A stretch of 54,176 bases of DNA, from the IMG/VR virus record IMGVR_UViG_2563366830_000017, positions 1-54,176 of that record. One strand, given 5' to 3'. The translations under genes were made by a program, and so were the position numbers. Of the stretch, positions 31,426 to 39,917 are shown piece after piece; the stretch's first letter is position 1; each line of letters starts with the position of its first letter. Source of the DNA: a virus. Its lineage: Duplodnaviria > Heunggongvirae > Uroviricota > Caudoviricetes. The notes beneath the pieces were generated by a model. It had not been told where the DNA came from and searched no databases. It was given only the letters and a program-made list of their open reading frames with translations.

Positions 31426-33173
31426 AACTGGCACCGAACTTAAAAAAACAGCCACGCGACAGACTGACAGAGGTAATCATCTTTGCAGGTAGTGATGCGT
31501 GGAGCCATGCGAAAGAGTGGCGGGAATGGGCGGGTAAACATATTGCCGCCGACGATGTGCCGCCTGTCGTGCTGGCTGATGAGCAACTGAAAAATATCAC
31601 CGATTACCGGATCATTGATGAAGATCGTCAGTGTGTGCGTGTTTACCGCGCAGGACATATCACAGAGCACAGCATGACGCAGATTGTTACGTTACTGGCT
31701 GTGGCTGGAGTGAAGACCGTACACGAATACGCGGGGATTACTGACACCAGCCCAGTGGATTTATCCGAGCAGTTGCCGCGACTCAAAGAGGAATGCGAGC
31801 GTGGGGAAAGTCTGGTGCTTAATCTTCCGACGAAGCAAAAGGCGCAACTTTCACAGATGGCAGACAGTGAACGTGCACAACTACTTGCCGATCGCTTTGA
31901 TGGTGTGTGTGTTCATGCAGAAAGTGAAATCGTCCACGTATGGCGCGGCGGGGTATGGTGTCCGGTCAGCACAATGGAGCTGAGCCGCGAAATGGTGGCG
32001 ATCTATTCAGAGCACAGGGCCACGTTCAGCAAACGTGTAATCAATAACGCCGTGGAAGCGTTAAAAGTTATTGCCGACCCCATGGGGGAGCCGTCCGGTG
32101 ATTTGCTACCGTTCACTAATGGTGTGCTTAACCTGAAAACGGGGGAATTTTCTCCGCACTCGCCGGAGCACTGGAGCACCACGCACAATGGCATTGAGTA
32201 CACGCCACCAGTAGCAGGGGAAAACATCCGCGATAATGCGCCAAATTTCCATAAATGGCTTGAACATGCCGCAAGAAAAGACCCGCGCAAGATGATGCGT
32301 ATATGTGCCGCGTTATACATGATTATGGCGAACCGCTACGACTGGCAGATGTTCATTGAGGCCACCGGAGACGGGGGAAGCGGTAAGAGTACATTTACCC
32401 ATATTGCCACCCTGCTTGCTGGCAAACAGAACACCGTAAGCGCGGAGATGACATCACTCGATGATGCAGGAGGGCGCGCGCAGGTTGTCGGGAGTCGTCT
32501 TATCGTCCTTGCCGATCAGCCGAAATATACGGGGGAAGGCACGGGCATCAAGAAAATCACGGGAGGCGATCCCGTTGAAATTAACCCGAAATATGAGAAG
32601 CGATTCACGACGATAATAAGGGCGGTGGTACTGGCAACCAATAACGACCCGATGATCTTTACCGAACGGGCCGGAGGTGTGTCACGCCGTCGGGTGATTT
32701 TCCGGTTCGACAACATTGTAAGGGAGGACGAAAAAGACAAGGAATTACCGGAAAAGATAGCGGCAGAAATCCCCGTAATTATCCGCCGCTTGCTGGCTAA
32801 TTTTGCTGACCCTGAAAAGGCACGGGCTTTATTACTGGAACAGCGTGACGGTGATGAAGCTCTGGCAATAAAGCAGCAAACGGATCCGGTTGTTGAGCTT
32901 TGCGCGGCGCTGGAGTTTCTGGAGGAAGCTCGTGGGCTAATGATGGGCGGTGGTGGTGACACCGTGAAGTACACGACCAGAAACAGCCTTTACCGTGTCT
33001 ATATGGCCTTCATGGCATACACAGGAAAGGGGAAATGTTTGAGCGTGAATGAGTTCGGAAAGGCTATGAGGTCAGCGGCGAAAGTTTACGGATATGAATA
33101 TATTACGCGAAAAGTTAAGGGAGTCACGCAGACCAACGCAACGACTACTGATGATTGCGATGCGTTTTTATAA
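31422..33173 (+). CDS. Primase/replication protein (P4-alpha C-terminal-like, with Walker A GDGGSGKST)
   Basis: 583 aa; P-loop GDGGSGKS seen; followed by iteron array. Confidence 0.8.
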   Translation: MKLAPNLKKQPRDRLTEVIIFAGSDAWSHAKEWREWAGKHIAADDVPPVVLADEQLKNITDYRIIDEDRQCVRVYRAGHITEHSMTQIVTLLAVAGVKTVHEYAGITDTSPVDLSEQLPRLKEECERGESLVLNLPTKQKAQLSQMADSERAQLLADRFDGVCVHAESEIVHVWRGGVWCPVSTMELSREMVAIYSEHRATFSKRVINNAVEALKVIADPMGEPSGDLLPFTNGVLNLKTGEFSPHSPEHWSTTHNGIEYTPPVAGENIRDNAPNFHKWLEHAARKDPRKMMRICAALYMIMANRYDWQMFIEATGDGGSGKSTFTHIATLLAGKQNTVSAEMTSLDDAGGRAQVVGSRLIVLADQPKYTGEGTGIKKITGGDPVEINPKYEKRFTTIIRAVVLATNNDPMIFTERAGGVSRRRVIFRFDNIVREDEKDKELPEKIAAEIPVIIRRLLANFADPEKARALLLEQRDGDEALAIKQQTDPVVELCAALEFLEEARGLMMGGGGDTVKYTTRNSLYRVYMAFMAYTGKGKCLSVNEFGKAMRSAAKVYGYEYITRKVKGVTQTNATTTDDCDAFL

Positions 33174-33179
33174 AAAATG

Positions 33180-33430
33180 GCAATGGTTATCTACCTTGTC
33201 TACCTGACTGAAAGAAAATACTTTTATTTCAATGTATTAATGCAGGTAGATAACTATTTTTCACTGTCTACCTGTTATCTACCTTATCTACCCATTTTTG
33301 TAGACAGGTAAGGAGACGGGTAGAGATGAGGTAGACAGCTATTTGGGGCTGTCTACCTCCCTGAAACCCGCGCCATTACTGGCCTGATAACTAATCAGGT
33401 AGACAAGGTAGACAAGGTGGTGGTGCACAA
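33180..33430. repeat. ori: Island replication-origin iterons (GGTAGACA / TGTCTACC family, both orientations)
   Basis: At least 10 copies of (A)GGTAGAC(A) or its complement within 250 bp directly after primase gene. Confidence 0.75.
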
Positions 33431-33462
33431 AAAACTTTTTAAACGAGGGGGTAAAAATAAAA

Positions 33463-33720
33463 ATGCACACATCAGGAAAACTGAACAAACATATAAAGCC
33501 ACATTACCGCGCCCTTGATATGGCTGAACACTGGCTAAGGGTGGCGATTAAGGCAATAGACCGCAACGCCGGGGAAGGATACGCGAAAGCACATCCCGAA
33601 CTGATAAGCGCATTCATGACAACGGCGGCTGCAAACTTTGCCACGCTGACCGAACGGGAGATTGCTGAAGCGGAGGAAGTGACAACAATCAATATTAAGT
33701 CCGGAGAGCAGGCAGCATGA
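33463..33720 (+). CDS. Hypothetical protein (85 aa)
   Basis: ORF overlapping ssb start. Confidence 0.45.
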   Translation: MHTSGKLNKHIKPHYRALDMAEHWLRVAIKAIDRNAGEGYAKAHPELISAFMTTAAANFATLTEREIAEAEEVTTINIKSGEQAA

Positions 33721-34166
33721 CGGCGCAAATATCAGTTTACGGGCGGTTGGTGGACGACCCGCAGACAAAACAGACCAGCAAGGGCACCCCCATGACGCTG
33801 GCGCGTATGGCGGTATCACTGCCCTGCAGTCAGTCGGATGACGGTCTGGCGACGTTGTGGTTATCTGTCCTGGCGTTTGGCAGACAAGCCGACGCGCTGG
33901 CAAAGCATCACAAAGGCGAACTCCTGAGCGTGGCGGGTAACATGCAGATGAGCCAGTGGACTGGACAGAACGGCGAAACGCGGCAGGGCTGGCAGGTTAT
34001 CGCAGACAGCGTAATCAGTGCGCGATCGGTGCGACCGGGCGGCAAAAAAGGCCAACAGGGGCAGGCTACTGACGCACTGAACAGAGCAAAACAACAGGCA
34101 GATCAGCAAGGAAGCCAGCCACCAGAGGGAGATAATGAGCAATGGGGAGATGATATCCCGTTTTAA
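33717..34166 (+). CDS. ssb: Single-stranded DNA-binding protein
   Basis: OB-fold-like N-region, Gln/Gly-rich linker and acidic C-terminal tail ending DDIPF. Confidence 0.85.
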   Translation: MTAQISVYGRLVDDPQTKQTSKGTPMTLARMAVSLPCSQSDDGLATLWLSVLAFGRQADALAKHHKGELLSVAGNMQMSQWTGQNGETRQGWQVIADSVISARSVRPGGKKGQQGQATDALNRAKQQADQQGSQPPEGDNEQWGDDIPF

Positions 34167-34382
34167 ATATTGCCAATAAAAAAAGCCGGAAAAAATAAAT
34201 TTTCCGGCATGCTACATAAATCCCGACCAAAGGGAGTGAAGATATTAACACTAATTGTCCGCACTGAAGTTGTCACCCCAAAACTTTATACAACATTGCA
34301 CTCGGTTGCATGTGTTCGCATGACAAATATCGGTGATAGCATATATCCACAATTATTTTTAATGAATGCAAAGAGGATGCGT

Positions 34383-35423
34383 ATGGTTGATTTATATTCG
34401 CCTACTCAGCTTGTACAGGTAGTTAATGCTGTAGATGTACAAAAACAACTAAATGCGTTATTTACCAGTTTGTTTTTTACTCGCTCGGTAATGTTTGAAT
34501 CGCGCGATATTATTCTTGATACAATCGACGATCCAAATATCCCAATTGCAGCGTTTTGTTCTCCTATGGTGGGTAGTAAAGTTTCACGTGACGAAGGGTA
34601 CGAATCAAAAACAATTCGTCCAGGCTATATGAAGCCGAAAAGCAGCATTGATCCAAATAAGTTAGCTGTGCGCCCTGCTGGTGTGTCACCTGAGCAATAC
34701 AATGCTTTTGGGGCGCGTAATATTAAAGTTAAACAGGCGATTGTAAATCAGGCTAAAGCTATTCGTGCACGTATTGAATGGCTTGCTGTTCAGGCAATCA
34801 CAACGGGGAAAAATATCATTGAGGGCGATGGTATTGAACGTTATGAGCTGGACTGGAATATAAAACCACAAAATATCATCACTCAGTCTGGCGGTACTGA
34901 GTGGTCAGGTAAGGATAAAGAAACTTTTGATCCAAATGATGATATTGAGAGCTACGCAGAATTTAGTGAGGGCGTCACTAATATCATCATTATGGGTGGT
35001 AATGTATGGAAGAAATACCGTTCATTCAGAGCGATAAAAGAGGCTTTGGATACCCGTCGTGGTTCTAATTCCGAACTGGAAACGGCCCTTAAAGACCTTG
35101 GTGATTCGGTGAGTTTTAAAGGGTATATGGGCGATGTTGCGATTGTTGTTTACAGCGGGCGTTATACCGACGAGGACGGAACAGAAAAACATTTCCTTGA
35201 TCCTGATTTGATGGTGCTTGGCAATACGGCTCTTCAGGGGATTGTCGCCTATGGCGGTATTCAGGATCCGGAGCTAATCCGAATGGGGCTGACTAAAGCC
35301 GAACTTGCACCGAAAAACTATATTGTGCCTGGTGATCCGGCTATTGAATATGTGCAGACACATTCAGCACCACAGCCAATACCGGCCCGCATCAATCGTT
35401 TTGTTACCGTTCGCATTGGCTAA
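34383..35423 (+). CDS. Island-encoded major capsid protein, diverged homolog of lambda E
   Basis: Blocks shared with prophage E: NIITQSGGTEWSGKDKETFDPNDDIESYA, LDTRRGSNSELETALKDLG, YMGDVAIVVYSGRY, MVLGNT; ORF track 34170 start is upstream. Confidence 0.85.
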   Translation: MVDLYSPTQLVQVVNAVDVQKQLNALFTSLFFTRSVMFESRDIILDTIDDPNIPIAAFCSPMVGSKVSRDEGYESKTIRPGYMKPKSSIDPNKLAVRPAGVSPEQYNAFGARNIKVKQAIVNQAKAIRARIEWLAVQAITTGKNIIEGDGIERYELDWNIKPQNIITQSGGTEWSGKDKETFDPNDDIESYAEFSEGVTNIIIMGGNVWKKYRSFRAIKEALDTRRGSNSELETALKDLGDSVSFKGYMGDVAIVVYSGRYTDEDGTEKHFLDPDLMVLGNTALQGIVAYGGIQDPELIRMGLTKAELAPKNYIVPGDPAIEYVQTHSAPQPIPARINRFVTVRIG

Positions 35424-35432
35424 GGGGGAGCA

Positions 35433-35774
35433 ATGGCTACTCATTACACTGAACTCATGGCTGGCACTGAAGCACTGGTGACTACGCTGGGGATATTTTC
35501 AGCTAATAAAGGGGTAATTCCTGCATTTACGCCACTGATGCAGGAAGATGCAACAGGTGCACTGGTGGTATGGGATGGTTCGAGCGTAGGTAAAGCGGTT
35601 TATGTTTCCGCTGTACAAATCGACACCGCGAAAAAAACACAGGCTCAGGTCTATAAGACAGGTGTCTTAAATGTTGATGCTCTGAACTGGCCTGAGTCTG
35701 TTAAAGAACTGTCAGTAAAGATTGCAGCGTTTGTTGGCTCAGGTATTTCTGTTCAGCCGCTGGCTCGTGTGTAA
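35433..35774 (+). CDS. Island-encoded decoration protein, diverged homolog of lambda D
   Basis: THYTEL, FTPLMQEDATGALVVWDGSSVGKAV, YKTGVLNVDALNWPE, AAFVGSGISV align with prophage D motifs. Confidence 0.8.
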   Translation: MATHYTELMAGTEALVTTLGIFSANKGVIPAFTPLMQEDATGALVVWDGSSVGKAVYVSAVQIDTAKKTQAQVYKTGVLNVDALNWPESVKELSVKIAAFVGSGISVQPLARV

Positions 35775-35785
35775 AGGGGGATACA

Positions 35786-36169
35786 ATGCAGAATGATTAC
35801 AATGACCTTAAGCCAATTGCCGAAATGATGTACCCGAATCCAGCTGTAGAGGAATTAAAAGCTATCGCTGACAAAATGTGTTTAAGCGAGCGCCTTGTTG
35901 ATATGAATCAGGTGATGGAAATTACAACCCTGAGTCGTCGTACACTGCTAAACCTTGAGGCTAGTGGAGAGTTCCCGGAGCGTGTGCAGGTTACGGAAGG
36001 GCGTAAGGCCTGGTATTTAAGTGAAGTGATCGACTGGATAAATAATATTCCTCGCGCTTCTGAATATTGCCGCGTACCTGTCCCAAAAAAGCCAGATGCG
36101 GCGCTATGCCTCAAGATTGAGCGTGTACGCCGCAATGCACGGGATGGTCGCTATAAGCTGATTGGTTGA
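35786..36169 (+). CDS. HTH protein (AlpA/MerR-like C-terminal half) immediately upstream of island cos
   Basis: 127 aa; segment MNQVMEITTLSRRTLLNLEASGEFPERVQVTEGRKAWYLSEVIDWI looks like AlpA-type HTH. Confidence 0.55.
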   Translation: MQNDYNDLKPIAEMMYPNPAVEELKAIADKMCLSERLVDMNQVMEITTLSRRTLLNLEASGEFPERVQVTEGRKAWYLSEVIDWINNIPRASEYCRVPVPKKPDAALCLKIERVRRNARDGRYKLIG

Positions 36170-36194
36170 TGAAATTAGGGCCCGCTCTGGCTGG

Positions 36195-36400
36195 CGGGTC
36201 CTTTCCGGTGATCCAGAACGTTACGGGGCGTCAGGCGCGCAGATTCTTGCTATTTATGACAATTTTCTGCGATTTGCCGTTTCCGTTCTTCTTCCTTGTA
36301 ACTTATTGTTTTTACTAGAAATACCCTCTAAAAAGAAAGGAAATGACAGGTGCTGAAAACAGGCTTTTGGGTCTCCGTCATTTCCTTTCTCATTTTTATC
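36195..36400 (+). other. cos: Island cos-like site, same orientation as prophage cos
   Basis: GGGTCCTTTCCGGTGATCC...ACGTTACGGGGCG...CGCG...GCTATTTATGA...AAAAAGAAAGGAAATGACAGGTGCTGAAAAC aligns block-by-block with 20591..20800. Confidence 0.8.
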
Positions 36401-36652
36401 TAAAAGTAAGCATCGAGGCCACCCCAAATGCTTATAGAGGTTATTGTGTCACTATGCGTACTGTTCAGGATTTAAAGTAGCAAGACATCTAGTTGCTTGC
36501 AGTTTTGGCGAATGATGTGAGGTTCTCTATAACAGATAATGTAACAAGTTACTGATATATTCTGTTATGGTTGACTTTAAATTTTGTTGCTCCTTCAATG
36601 AATTATTGAGGGGTAAAAATTAGGCGTGATAAGAATCGATCACGCCTATTGT

Positions 36653-37969
36653 TTATCTTGAAGAAATTTTAGGCAGGCTTTTTAAAAATAAATCTTTATT
36701 TCTACTTGCATCAGTTAAAAGTGTTAGGAATATTTTATCTGTAGGAGTGCATGTGCTCTTGTTTAACAGTAATTCACCAAGTTTCTGTAATCGAGAGAAT
36801 TGCCCATCCTCTTGGATTCTGTGACGAAGTGTACTATCATTTTTAATAACATCAACAAATGCAGAAACCATATTAATATCAAAGTGTTCAAACATTTCCA
36901 ATATTAAAGGTGCAGCCCCATTTGAATAAAAATTCTTCCTTCCATACTGATAGCTGAAACCACGATGGCCAACATAAGTTTTTGTAATGGCTGAAACAAA
37001 TTCAACAATATTATCTTCAGGGACGAAACTCGAGAATGGTAATAATTGGGTTACGATTTTTTCCTCTTCTGACCAATTATCTAAAGACTCGGTGAGTTTA
37101 TTAATGAGAGGCTCAATAATAACTTTTCGGGATGCAGGGCTAATATACATCAGTCCATCTACCAATAGTATGAATTGTTGTGCCTTCTCTATCTTATTGT
37201 TGTTTCCTGAAACTAAATACTTGTCAAATTGTTGGCCGACTTTACGTCGGTCGTCTTTTGAAAGTAATGTCCATAAAATAGGTGCGCAAAATTCAATGTT
37301 GTTTCTGAGTTCACTTGATATATTGGATGAGCAGTATGTGCCAAAAAAACGAGAGGATAATTCACTGATATAAATTGCAGGTAGATCTGAAAAGGCTTGC
37401 TTAACTGCCAGACTATTTTTATTAAATGTTGCCGAATCCATTTCTGAAAGATATGTAGTTATATCTATGATGGCTGGTGGAAACTCTTTAGAAAGAACGT
37501 ATTTATTACAATCATTAATCAGGTTCACTACTTTGATTAAATCAGGGTCGCTACTTTGTGGATGTCCACCAAATAGATTCCTGGTTTCTCTAGCTTGTTG
37601 TAATAGTTTCTGACCTTCTCGATCGATAACTCCTATTTTAAATGCTCCATCTATTAAATCAAAGTCGCTCACATAATCCTGAAAATCTTCATACGTTTTA
37701 ATTTCTTTTTTTTGTTTACACTCTTTGTTGAATAGATCTAGGCTACGATGAATTATCTTTTGACGTAAATCATCAACTACAGCATTCCAGTAAGCAGTGA
37801 TGGCACTTCTATAACCTTTTACAGGAAGAACTCTTATTGCTTCTGAAATATATGGGCAGTCAACTACATCATGCCTCACAGTTGAGAGCGCAGTTTGTAA
37901 CAATGTAACTTCTGTAGAGTCTAGTGGAGTTGGCTGCACTAAATGAGAACTTATCTCTGTACCCTTCAT
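36653..37969 (-). CDS. Hypothetical 438-aa protein, AT-rich cargo gene between island cos and right junction
   Basis: Low GC; contains R-x5-H motif (RNLFGGH); no family confidently assigned. Confidence 0.6.
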   Translation of the reverse strand: MKGTEISSHLVQPTPLDSTEVTLLQTALSTVRHDVVDCPYISEAIRVLPVKGYRSAITAYWNAVVDDLRQKIIHRSLDLFNKECKQKKEIKTYEDFQDYVSDFDLIDGAFKIGVIDREGQKLLQQARETRNLFGGHPQSSDPDLIKVVNLINDCNKYVLSKEFPPAIIDITTYLSEMDSATFNKNSLAVKQAFSDLPAIYISELSSRFFGTYCSSNISSELRNNIEFCAPILWTLLSKDDRRKVGQQFDKYLVSGNNNKIEKAQQFILLVDGLMYISPASRKVIIEPLINKLTESLDNWSEEEKIVTQLLPFSSFVPEDNIVEFVSAITKTYVGHRGFSYQYGRKNFYSNGAAPLILEMFEHFDINMVSAFVDVIKNDSTLRHRIQEDGQFSRLQKLGELLLNKSTCTPTDKIFLTLLTDASRNKDLFLKSLPKISSR

Positions 37970-38322
37970 TTCAGGATTTTCCTATTCTTTTCCATTTTTC
38001 TACTCTATTGAATTTGAAAAAGATATCAAGTTCGTTCTTGCCAGTTTTAAGTGGAAAATTTGATGTTACCTTATTGAGATAAGGCAGTTCTCTATAACCT
38101 ATTGTTATTAATTATTTTTATTTTTTTCCAATTCAGATGTTTAGGGCTAAGAAGTTAAGTGAGAGTTCACAGCAAAACTGCTTCTAGTTCCTCACCGAGG
38201 AGCAAAAGGTTAAGACAGCGTACTTTGTATTGCACAATGTATTGCAGAACCTTCTTTCGAAAGCTACAACAATCAATTTTATATTGAAAATTCAATCATA
38301 TCCTTTCGATATTGACTCATAT

Positions 38323-38332
38323 AACCCAAGCA
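38323..38332. repeat. Right copy of 10-bp direct repeat AACCCAAGCA at island junction
   Basis: Identical to 26989..26998; lambda-like E sequence resumes here. Confidence 0.75.
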
Positions 38333-39113
38333 TGAAGTGAATCCGCAGATGACCCTGCGTCGCCTGCCGGATGAAGATCCGCAGAATCTGGCGGACCCGG
38401 CTTACCGTCGCCGTCGCATCATCATGCAGAACATGCGTGACGAAGAGCTGGCCATTGCCCAGGTGGAAGAGATGCAGGCAGTTTCTGCCGTGCTTAAGGG
38501 CAAATACACCATGACCGGTGAAGCCTTCGATCCGGTTGAGGTGGATATGGGCCGCAGTGCGGCCAACAACATCACGCAGTCCGGCGGCACGGTGTGGAGC
38601 AAGCGTGACAAGTCCACGTATGACCCGACCGACGATATCGAAGTCTACGCGCTGAACGCCAGCGGCGTGGTGAATATCATCGTGTTTGATCCGAAAGGCT
38701 GGGCGCTGTTCCGTTCCTTCAAGGCCGTCAGGGAGAAGCTGGATACCCGTCGCGGCTCTCATTCCGAGCTGGAGACAGCGGTAAAAGACCTGGGCAAAGC
38801 GGTGTCTTATAAGGGAATGTATGGCGATGTGGCCATCGTCGTGTATTCCGGACAGTACGTGGAAAACGGCGTCAAAAAGAACTTCCTGCCGGACAACACG
38901 ATGGTGCTGGGTAACACTCATGCACGCGGTCTGCGCACCTATGGCTGCATTCAGGATGCGGATGCATTGAGTGAGGGTATTAATGCGTCTCCCCGTTATC
39001 CGAAAAACTGGAAGACATCCGGCGATCCGGCGCGTGAGTTCACCATGATTCAGTCAGCACCGCTGATGCTGCTGGCTGACCCTGATGAGTTCGTTTCCGT
39101 ACAACTGGCGTAA
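38323..39113 (+). pseudogene. E: Major capsid protein E, 3-prime fragment (codons ~80-341)
   Basis: PKHEVNPQMTLRRLPDEDPQNLADPAYRRRRIIMQNM...EFVSVQLA matches lambda E C-terminal 260 aa. Confidence 0.9.
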
Positions 39114-39154
39114 TCGTGGCCCTTCGGGGCCATTTTCTCTCTGTGGAGGAGTTC

Positions 39155-39541
39155 ATGACGAAAGATGAACTGATTGCCCGTCTCCGGTCGCTGGGTGAGC
39201 AACTGAACCGCGATGTCAGTTTGACGGGAACGAAAGAAGAACTGGCGCTCCGTGTGGCAGAGCTGGAAGAGGAGCTTGATGACACTACCGATCAGGATAC
39301 CCCTATCAGCCCGGAAAATGCGCTGACCGGACATGAAAATGAGGTTGTATCAGCGCAGCCGGATACCGTGACTGATACGGCTGATCTGGTCACGGTTGTG
39401 GCACTGGTGACGCTGCATACTGATGCACTTCACGCCACGCGGGATGAACCTGTGGCATTTGTGCTGCCGGGAACGGCGTTTCGTGTCTCTGCCGGTGTGG
39501 CAGCTGAAATGACAGAGCGTGGCCTGGCCAGAATGCAATAA
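39155..39541 (+). CDS. FI: Head assembly/DNA-packaging protein FI
   Basis: MTKDELIARLRSLGEQLNRDVSLTGTKEELALRVAELEEEL... matches lambda FI. Confidence 0.9.
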   Translation: MTKDELIARLRSLGEQLNRDVSLTGTKEELALRVAELEEELDDTTDQDTPISPENALTGHENEVVSAQPDTVTDTADLVTVVALVTLHTDALHATRDEPVAFVLPGTAFRVSAGVAAEMTERGLARMQ

Positions 39542-39552
39542 CGGGAGGCGCT

Positions 39553-39906
39553 GTGGCTGATTTCGATAACCTGTTCGATGCTGCCATTGCCCGCGCCGAT
39601 GAAACGATACGCGGGTACATGGGAACGTCAGCCACCATGACATCCGGTGAGCAGTCCGGTGCTGTGATACGTGGTGTTTTTGATGACCCTGAAAATATCA
39701 GCTATGCCGGACAGGGCGTGCGCGTTGAAGGCTCCAGCCCGTCCCTGTTTGTCCGGACTGATGAGGTGCGGCAGCTGCGGCGTGGAGACACGCTGACCAT
39801 CGGTGAGGAAAATTTCTGGGTAGATCGGGTTTCGCCGGATGATGGCGGAAGTTGTCATCTCTGGCTTGGACGGGGCGTACCGCCTGCCGTTAACCGTCGC
39901 CGCTGA
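39553..39906 (+). CDS. FII: Head-tail connector protein FII
   Basis: 117 aa matching lambda FII. Confidence 0.93.
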   Translation: MADFDNLFDAAIARADETIRGYMGTSATMTSGEQSGAVIRGVFDDPENISYAGQGVRVEGSSPSLFVRTDEVRQLRRGDTLTIGEENFWVDRVSPDDGGSCHLWLGRGVPPAVNRRR

Positions 39907-39917
39907 AAGGGGGATGT

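Larger units (their letters stand above)
26999..38322. mobile_element. Satellite-like integrative element (~11.3 kb) inserted within capsid gene E
   Basis: Bounded by split E and 10-bp direct repeat; carries integrase, AlpA, primase plus iterons, SSB, capsid and decoration homologs, cos, cargo genes. Confidence 0.85.

Noticed and set aside
33180-33430. Repeat array that could be mistaken for a CRISPR array
   Set aside because: Repeat units are only ~8 bp, irregularly spaced and in both orientations, directly adjacent to a primase gene: replication iterons, not CRISPR. No cas genes in the window.
36162-36356. 64-aa ORF overlapping the island cos site
   Set aside because: The region aligns with the non-coding cos of the prophage; the ORF is most likely fortuitous.
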